The notes below the pieces were generated by a model. That model had not been told where the DNA came from. It saw nothing but the letters and a program-made list of their open reading frames with translations, and ran no database searches. Positions 61,413 to 64,000 of a DNA stretch of 64,000 nt are shown here, piece by piece (the first letter of the stretch is position 1; every line of letters begins with the position of its first letter). Source of the DNA: Gloeobacterales cyanobacterium (GTDB lineage Bacteria > Cyanobacteriota > Cyanobacteriia > Gloeobacterales > PMM-0068); the NCBI GenBank assembly GCA_038245785.1, contig JBBRSB010000006.1:32001-96000 (forward strand), given 5' to 3'. Made by a program: the position numbers and the translations under genes.

Positions 61413-62507
61413 ATGGAACAGTTTATCCAACAGCTTGTGAATGGCCTGACGCTGGGCAGCATGTATGCCCTAATCGCTCTGGGTTACACCATGGTGTACG
61501 GCATCTTGGAGCTGATTAACTTTGCCCATGGCGAAGTGGTCATGGTTGGAGCCTACACCGCTCTAGGTGTATTGGTAATCACCTTAGGGGCTGGACTACC
61601 CTGGGGATTAGCCTTTGCTTTGGCTCTTGTGATAGCGGTCCTGGTGTGCTGCTTACTGGGGGTCGGAATCGAGCGCTTGGCCTACCGTCCGCTGTTGGGC
61701 GAAGCAAAACCCCTAAATTTTCTAGAATTAGGCTTGATCACTGCAGTGGGAGGAGGCATCTGGATACTGTCTACCCTACTCAGAGGAACGTATAGCCCCA
61801 TCGCTATCGCTCAAGGGCTTGGGTTTGGGGCTCTAGGCGCTGCTGCGCTAGGGGGACTCTTTTGGTGGCTGAGTCAAGCGATCCCCACCCGCAAAGTCCC
61901 TAAACTCTCGTTGCTGATTACTGCCCTAGGCATGTCCATTTTTCTGCAAAATGCCGTTCGTTTAGTTGTCGGGAGCAGAGATCAAGTTTTGCCCCAAGTC
62001 CTTCCTGCCATTACTTGGCGCTTTGAAGGCATACAAATTACCTTGACTCAAGTATTGATTCTGAGCGTCAGTGTTTTCCTGATGGCTTCACTCACCTTTC
62101 TTATCCAAAAAACTCGTTTGGGTAAAGCGATGCGGGCTACAGCACAAGACATGCAGGCGGCCCAATTGATGGGTATCAATACCGAACAGATTGTAGTGAT
62201 CACCTTTATTTTGGGGTCTTCCCTGGGGGCTGTGGCAGGGGTACTGTTTGGAGTATTTTTCCAAACGATTAACTTCTTTATTGGGTTTCAAGCAGGCCTG
62301 AAAGCCTTTACTGCAGCTGTTTTAGGAGGAATTGGAAATATTCCGGGAGCAATGCTCGGGGGCTTGCTTTTGGGGGTAATCGAGTCATTGGGAGCAGGCT
62401 ACTTATCAAGTGAATGGAAGGATGTTTTTGCATTCACTATCTTGGTTGGAGTTTTGCTATTTCGCCCTTCAGGGCTCTTGGGCGAAAACGTTCCAGATAA
62501 AGTTTAA
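61413..62507 (+). CDS. livH: Branched-chain amino acid ABC transporter permease (LivH/NatD-like)
   Basis: YALIALGYTMVYG..INFAHG, GKAMRA, LKAFTAAVLGGIG, RPSGLLG. Confidence 0.92.
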   Translation: MEQFIQQLVNGLTLGSMYALIALGYTMVYGILELINFAHGEVVMVGAYTALGVLVITLGAGLPWGLAFALALVIAVLVCCLLGVGIERLAYRPLLGEAKPLNFLELGLITAVGGGIWILSTLLRGTYSPIAIAQGLGFGALGAAALGGLFWWLSQAIPTRKVPKLSLLITALGMSIFLQNAVRLVVGSRDQVLPQVLPAITWRFEGIQITLTQVLILSVSVFLMASLTFLIQKTRLGKAMRATAQDMQAAQLMGINTEQIVVITFILGSSLGAVAGVLFGVFFQTINFFIGFQAGLKAFTAAVLGGIGNIPGAMLGGLLLGVIESLGAGYLSSEWKDVFAFTILVGVLLFRPSGLLGENVPDKV

Positions 62508-62922
62508 ACTAATGGCCTTATACAATGAAGATTAACTCTTTACATATGTAGGCAGAGATTGCTAGTCTAAGAAGCTAGATTTTTTATCCAGCCTACTTAC
62601 TAATCGCTCAATAAAAAATCTTCAAGCTATAAAATTTTTCGCTCAAGTTTGTCATATCCGTGCTCTGTCCGATAGACGTCTTTCTCAGCGAGAGGCAACA
62701 AGAGCAGAAAAAGAGGAAAAAGTTTAAATATTTATCAGAGCTTGTCCTCTGAGTTTGTTGTGAATACTGAAGCAGGTCACTAGTTTTTGAAACAAAATCT
62801 TGATTTATCTATATTCATAGATTCAGACAAGTAAACTTTTGCTGAAACTGTTATATATTTATACGAAATTCCCTAAATGACTAGTCTAGAGTAGCTAGTT
62901 AATTAGCTCTTCTGAAATCGCC

Positions 62923-63744
62923 GTGACTTCTTCTTCTGTTGCAAGCCCTGTCACTAAAGCACAGTTTATCGCCCGACGCCAGTCAATTCGTCGGCAGCGT
63001 CAGAGGCTCCATTTTCTCAAATTTTGGCGTTTTGCAGTAGTTTCTGCCTTAGCCATTGGCTTGGTTGGCCTAGTGCGCTCTCCCTTGGGTCAGCTTAGAG
63101 GGGTAGAGCAGATTACAGTTGAGAACAATAAGGTTCTAACTCCCACTCAGGCTTATGAGCAGCTTGCCCTCACCTTTCCAACGCCTATTTACCTGATCGA
63201 GCCTCATCAATTAGAAGAACGTCTAGAAGCACTGCCCCTCATCTACCGTGCCCATGTGACCCGACAGTTACTCCCGCTCGGACTCCATATCGAAGTCCAG
63301 GAGCGAGTCCCCGTGGCGACAGCAACCCGTTTGGGGACAGAAGGTGTGGTCGATGCCGAAGGCATTTGGATATCTCGTGCAACTTATCCTAAAGTAGACA
63401 CCCCCCAGCTCCAGGTCGAAGGCTATACTGTCCAGAGACAAAAAGACTGGCAAGCACTCTATCCCCTTCTCCAGAGCGCTCCAGTACCTATCAAAAGAGT
63501 AGATTTCAACGATCCCCGCAACCTGATCTTGACTACGCACCTTGGAACTATATGGTTTGGCTCTTTAGATACTCAGCGTATACAGCAACAGTTCCAAACC
63601 CTGAAGCAATTAGTTCCGCTCACACGGAAATATGCTCCAGAGCAGATTCAATATTTTGACCTCCGGGACCCGACCATGCCTGCTTTCCATCTTCGTCCCA
63701 GACCTCAAGCCAAGCTTAAAGAGGTTTCTAAGCTCCAGAACTGA
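62923..63744 (+). CDS. ftsQ: Cell division protein FtsQ/DivIB
   Basis: Basic N-terminus, one TM, POTRA domain, VQERVPVA, YFDLRDP; precedes ftsZ. Confidence 0.88.
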   Translation: MTSSSVASPVTKAQFIARRQSIRRQRQRLHFLKFWRFAVVSALAIGLVGLVRSPLGQLRGVEQITVENNKVLTPTQAYEQLALTFPTPIYLIEPHQLEERLEALPLIYRAHVTRQLLPLGLHIEVQERVPVATATRLGTEGVVDAEGIWISRATYPKVDTPQLQVEGYTVQRQKDWQALYPLLQSAPVPIKRVDFNDPRNLILTTHLGTIWFGSLDTQRIQQQFQTLKQLVPLTRKYAPEQIQYFDLRDPTMPAFHLRPRPQAKLKEVSKLQN

Positions 63745-63821
63745 GATATGCGCCCTATTAGCCCTCAGCTACTCATTTCTCAAGGAAAGCGCCCATTTTG
63801 CCCCATTACCCCCACAAAGCC

Positions 63822-64000
63822 ATGCCAAACTGGACAAAATACCTACGCAATAGTCAGAGTGATTTTCCTGAAAGTCGGGTAAGATTAGACGAAGTTTTAC
63901 CCGGTTCTAGCCACCTGATGTCTCCTCAAACTGGCACAAATTCTCGCTTTGAAGAATTCACTTCCTCTGGTTCTGCTCGCATTAAGGTCATTGGCGTTGG
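63822..64000 (+). CDS. ftsZ: Cell division protein FtsZ, 5' part (truncated by window edge)
   Basis: Manual translation MPNWTKY...SGSARIKVIGVG; alternative start at 63918. Confidence 0.88.
   Translation, partial: MPNWTKYLRNSQSDFPESRVRLDEVLPGSSHLMSPQTGTNSRFEEFTSSGSARIKVIGV

Noticed and set aside
63918..64000. Apparently short FtsZ N-terminus
   Set aside because: An in-frame ATG at 63822 gives a long N-terminal extension as in other cyanobacteria
1..64000. Apparent scarcity of HIP1 (GCGATCGC) sites
   Set aside because: None noticed by eye, which would fit a basal lineage, but I cannot count exhaustively; needs a k-mer count

Overview
Cyanobacterial chromosomal window, most likely from the early-branching Gloeobacterales. 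This assignment is inferred from D1 motifs ([30 protein letters not shown]) plus cyanobacterial markers such as EbsA, NTRC, DUF760, cofG and an NtcA box. Left 28 kb is an AT-richer surface-glycan region with two parts. (i) 1-9.3 kb: a polyprenyl-phosphate pentose (DPPR/DPA-like) locus with a UbiA phosphoribosyltransferase, SMR-type flippase, HAD phosphatase, methyltransferase, a flavoprotein-GtrA fusion and a GT-C-like membrane protein, plus a GMC oxidoreductase coupled to an unannotated 51-aa Tat-signal microprotein. (ii) 11-28 kb: a 13-gene EPS operon with wzc, wza, NDP-sugar pyrophosphorylase, Wzy/ligase, a HepA-like ABC transporter, GT2/GT4 and two GT47 exostosin-type enzymes. The right 36 kb is mostly housekeeping (ileS, dacB, scpB, tRNA-Trp-secE-nusG, ebsA, cofG, PCS, ilvN, rpsO, leuD, rph, rnb, dnaK, ispF, gmd/fcl, NTRC, livH, ftsQ, ftsZ). 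Notable items there: a divergent psbA broken by a frameshift and an in-frame TAA, a dacB signal peptide out of frame at a T9 tract, an archaeal-type DPSL-Rieske pair divergent from NTRC around a perfect NtcA palindrome, and a two-gene minor-pilin islet. No CRISPR array, rRNA or intact mobile element was seen. All calls come from reading motifs by eye; no searches were run.
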